A stretch of 64,000 bases of DNA from Amphiscolops sp. MND2022 (taxonomy: Eukaryota). Location: the NCBI GenBank assembly GCA_964187785.1, contig OZ076409.1:63242001-63306000 (forward strand), in the 5' to 3' direction. This document shows positions 60,535-64,000 of the stretch, one piece after another (positions within the stretch are counted from its first letter, which is position 1; each line of letters begins with the position of its first letter). The notes below the pieces were generated by a model. That model was not told the origin of the DNA. It did not search any database and saw only the letters and a list, made by a program, of their open reading frames with translations. The position numbers were made by a program, and so were the translations under genes.

Positions 60535-60802
60535 ATTTTCGCTTTGATAGTATAGCTTCCATTGAACTCAGCACCCATGCAAACACATCAAGACATTAAA
60601 TCATGACAATGAGACGCCAAGATGCGGCATCGGAGTTGAAAAACCTATTCGGACTGAAAGCTACGATAATGGGGTATAAGAAATGATATTGAGAGTTGAT
60701 TCATGATACGAGCACACAAAAACAAAAATAACTGTTGACACTTGCTATTACAAATTTTGTTTTAGTGTGCTTATGTCCAGATATGGTAGTTTTTGTTGAG
60801 AC

Positions 60803-61152
60803 GGTGTCCGGACATTACGCCCAAGGACATTACGCCCAAGGACATTACGCCCAAAGCGGACATTACGCCCAAACGTAAATTACGCCCAAGGAAATTACGA
60901 TAATGTAATCAGCTATGCTCACATACTTCTAGTGCCCTAAATGCAGGAGCGAAGCGAAGCGGAGCGACGTGCCATATGGCCATGCCTCAATGTTGCTACT
61001 TGGCGAAGGGAGCGAAGCGACCGAGCCATACAACAAATATTTAAACCTCTTCGAATAGCTTAATTTCATTGGGCGTAATTTCCGTTTGGGCGTAATTTTC
61101 TTGGGCGTAATGTCCTTGGGCCTAATGTCTTTGGGCGTATTGTCCTAGAACC
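60803..61152 (+). mobile_element. Foldback-type MITE, sister of 5484-5868
   Basis: Ends GGTGTCC...TAGAACC; exact TSD GTTGAGAC at 60795-60802 and 61153-61160; near-identical core. Confidence 0.92.
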
Positions 61153-62146
61153 GTTGAGACATAAGGGACTAGGAGATTTTGTCTAAGCAGTGTTACATCA
61201 TAATGACTATTTATCACAATTTTATGTCTTGATGTGATCGCAAAGCTACTAAACTGAAATAGTAATAATTTTGTGATTGAGGCAAAAAAGTTCGTCTAAC
61301 TCAAGTCCCGAATGTTTGTCAAGGAAGGCATATTGACAGAATATCATCCATGATCATCGATTTTCAAAACAGGTCTCTCAATTGGAGTCTGGACCTTTTA
61401 TCGTCGTATAGAGGGCTCAACAATTGTTAGAATTGCATTGAGAAAGAAAAACAATGCATTGAAATTCAGTTTTTCTCGTCAACTTTCGAAAACGAAGCCA
61501 AGCTGCACCGCCGTCGACAAAAAAAAAGACATTTAGTCACCGAGTTGTGAAGCTTTGAAATAAGTTTCATCTATAGGGAACAAAACAAAAAGGATGATTT
61601 GTGAATTTCAAATTGAAAAAGAGGAACTTTCTCAATGCAAGTTTGTCTGAGATAGTTGAATGTATCATATGAAAAATAGGAGAATTTTCAACTGAAAAAA
61701 AAACAAAAAATTGTGAGGAAAAAATTCCAAAAGACATTTCAGCTGAGACAGTTCTGTTTGAGGTTTCATCTGCCACGCTTGGAACATGTATTCTTGTAAA
61801 TATAGACACAAAAAATTACTTTGCTGCTGAAACACCACTTACACACCAGAACATTTCACAGCTGCCTGCGACAATATTAGCAAAGTGTTCAAAAGATTTC
61901 TATACTTTTTTGTACGAAAGTTACTGTTCAGATTCTGCAAACGTTTATATGTGTTTCTGAGAAAAGTTTGGAACTTTGATTTAATCAATTTTTACTCAAA
62001 AAACGTCAGTCAACGTTAAGTTTTACTTGCTTGATTAATATCAAGTCTGCTAAGATCTGAGCAGGTCAATATGAAATTTGGTATTTTCAGGATCGAGTCT
62101 TGCAATCAGGTGTGTAAAATATTCTATTTTCAAAGAAATGTATTTT

Positions 62147-62719
62147 TAGTGGGCGCATTTTCCTTTAAGGAAAAAAGCCCGACTATTACAGTGGCTAGTT
62201 TTTTTTTCTTTTTTTTTCGTCAGACACCAGAGCTCATCGCGTATGTACCACTTTTTACAGAAACTGATAAGTTCATTCAGGCCAAGTTCGACCAATGCAA
62301 ACTTACTGCAAAGGGTCCCCCCTTTCGTTTTTTACCTTTTTTACGTAACCTACAAAACCGCAAGACTCCAAAGGGTCCCCCCTTTCAATTTTTTTTCGGC
62401 AAAATTTTTCAAAAGAGTCCCCCCTTCGGATTTTTTGATATTTTGCAACAAAAAGTATGTTAATGAATCCCAAAGGGTCCCCCCTTTTCATTTTTCGGCA
62501 CTATGCTACGTTTTCGAAGTTTTTTTCAAAAAAAAAACTTTTCAAAAAAAATTTTCAAAAAAATTTTCAATCCAGTCATATCGAGCATGAAGGGCACACT
62601 TTGGGTGTCTCGAAAGTGTTTTCAAAGCTTTTCATGAATACATCCTGGGCATATTTAGAAAACTCTGAGCTTTTTGAGCCTTAGATATAGCGGCGACTTT
62701 AGACGTTCCCGTCTTGTTT
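62147..62719 (+). mobile_element. HINE-like repeat, full-length copy
   Basis: 5' TAGTGGGCGC..CCCGACTA hairpin; internal AAAGGGTCCCCCCTTT repeats; 3' GCGGCGACTTT-AGACGTTCCCGTCT-TGTTT; T-runs on both sides. Confidence 0.72.
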
Positions 62720-63662
62720 ACACCAATTGCGTCTTTCTTCACTTATTAGTTAATAGATTGAAGCGCAAATATTGTTGGAACGTTTCATTGTCCAGCATAG
62801 CATTGATTTGCAAATACGTAAATGCCAGAAACAATCATTTGAATGGCAGGGATCACGCAGGCTAATCGTGATTGCAATATACTCATGCAATCTACTCATG
62901 AAATAGCATTTCCCGTTCGAGCACACGATGTATAATAGGTCAATTTCAAGATGTTTTGGCCCTAGTAACAGCTTCCACAGAGTCTGTTTCGGGTAGGCCA
63001 AAGAAGCTTTTCAGAGACAGACAAGAAGGGAAGCCATGCAACACCTATTGAGCAACGAAATTATTGACAACGGTGTAAAAAACATAGGCGCAACTGCCAT
63101 TGCGCGATGGCTCCGAACAGACGAACTCTCCGAGGCTTCAAATTATTCAGCAAGCAAAATTAGATTCCAACTCGTGTCCAGGGATCATATGATCTTTCAT
63201 TGTATTATGTCAAAGAGCGTTGGCTAGGTCATTTGTATGAGACGATGTGAATTACAGAAATCTCTGCGGCAGTAGACGCTAGATAAAGCATTTAACATGA
63301 ACCGAAATTTTGCAGCTACACAAGTGAACTGTCAAGCCCAAATAAACATAGGTGCTATTGACAAGACGATTACCATTTGGAAGTAGGAAAAACAACAAAC
63401 TTAACTAGTTGGATATATATAACAATCAAAGGTATTTTGAGATGGGTTCGATATGGTTCAAGTGGTATAATTACGCAAACTTGGAAAAAAACCTTTAAAA
63501 TTTTGCAAAAATTGTGTTTTCGAAGCTAATAAAATCGCCCAGGCGGAAAGTTTTCGGAACTTTCTTACATGACCAGAAAGAGCATTCAGTTGCGGTTCTA
63601 ATTCTAAAATTATGAATTGTCTCGGAGAAATAGGCTTGGAGGAAAATAGCCGAAACATTCAC

Positions 63663-63726
63663 TTATGCAGAGGGATGTCACGTTTTGGAAAGAGCTCACT
63701 ATGGAAAGAGCTCGTCGTGTCATGAC
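63663..63726 (-). CDS. Possible upstream exon of the C1-domain gene (HDTTSSFHSELFPKRDIPLH)
   Basis: CAG acceptor, GTGAAT donor; ends in phase 2, matching the exon that starts at 57835. Confidence 0.35.
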
Positions 63727-64000
63727 CTGCTCGAAATATTGACGAAAAGAGTTACTGAACGAGATCAAAAGGGAGCAAGGCAACAAAAAGAAACAATATT
63801 ACCAATTATTGCGATTGTTTTCAACGTCCTAAAGCATCAAACAAATGATAGTTGCCGCTAAGTTGCAGTTATATCACCGTCTTCTATGGTTTAGAAAGTT
63901 GGGGATTGTTTTGAGCGGACAGGAAGAACTCAACTTGAGAAACAAACATTCTAAATCGAAAGGGAAAGTATTGTGTCTGACACTCTCACTTGTTTGAAGC

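Overview
AT-rich, TE-dense eukaryotic DNA with spliceosomal introns, most consistent with an invertebrate metazoan. The main feature is a young, apparently intact 15.4-kb Ty3/Gypsy LTR retrotransposon on the minus strand (10040-25429). It has 712-bp LTRs differing at one position I could see and a single 3114-aa Gag-Pol ORF. Its unusual traits are a degenerate extra protease-like copy before the active protease; a post-integrase tail with an AT-hook, a Cys cluster and two tandem degenerate TARG1/Poa1p-type macrodomain-like units; a tRNA-Lys-like PBS set 16 nt from the LTR; a 3.3-kb leader; and a possible spliced accessory gene in the 3' region. Host genes are a + strand adhesion/secretin-class 7TM receptor (38374-43680; no GAIN/GPS exon found), the 3' exons of a - strand C1-domain protein (53952-57835; tentatively C2CD2/TMEM24-like), and a probable membrane-anchor exon at 363-498. 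The rest is MITEs and foldbacks (8-bp, TA and TTAA TSD classes), a Helentron/HINE-like family, a Tc1/mariner relic nested in a gag relic, a CR1-group LINE fragment, other Gypsy relics and a ~590-bp (GA)n tract. All family and domain calls are by eye from remembered motifs; no searches were run.
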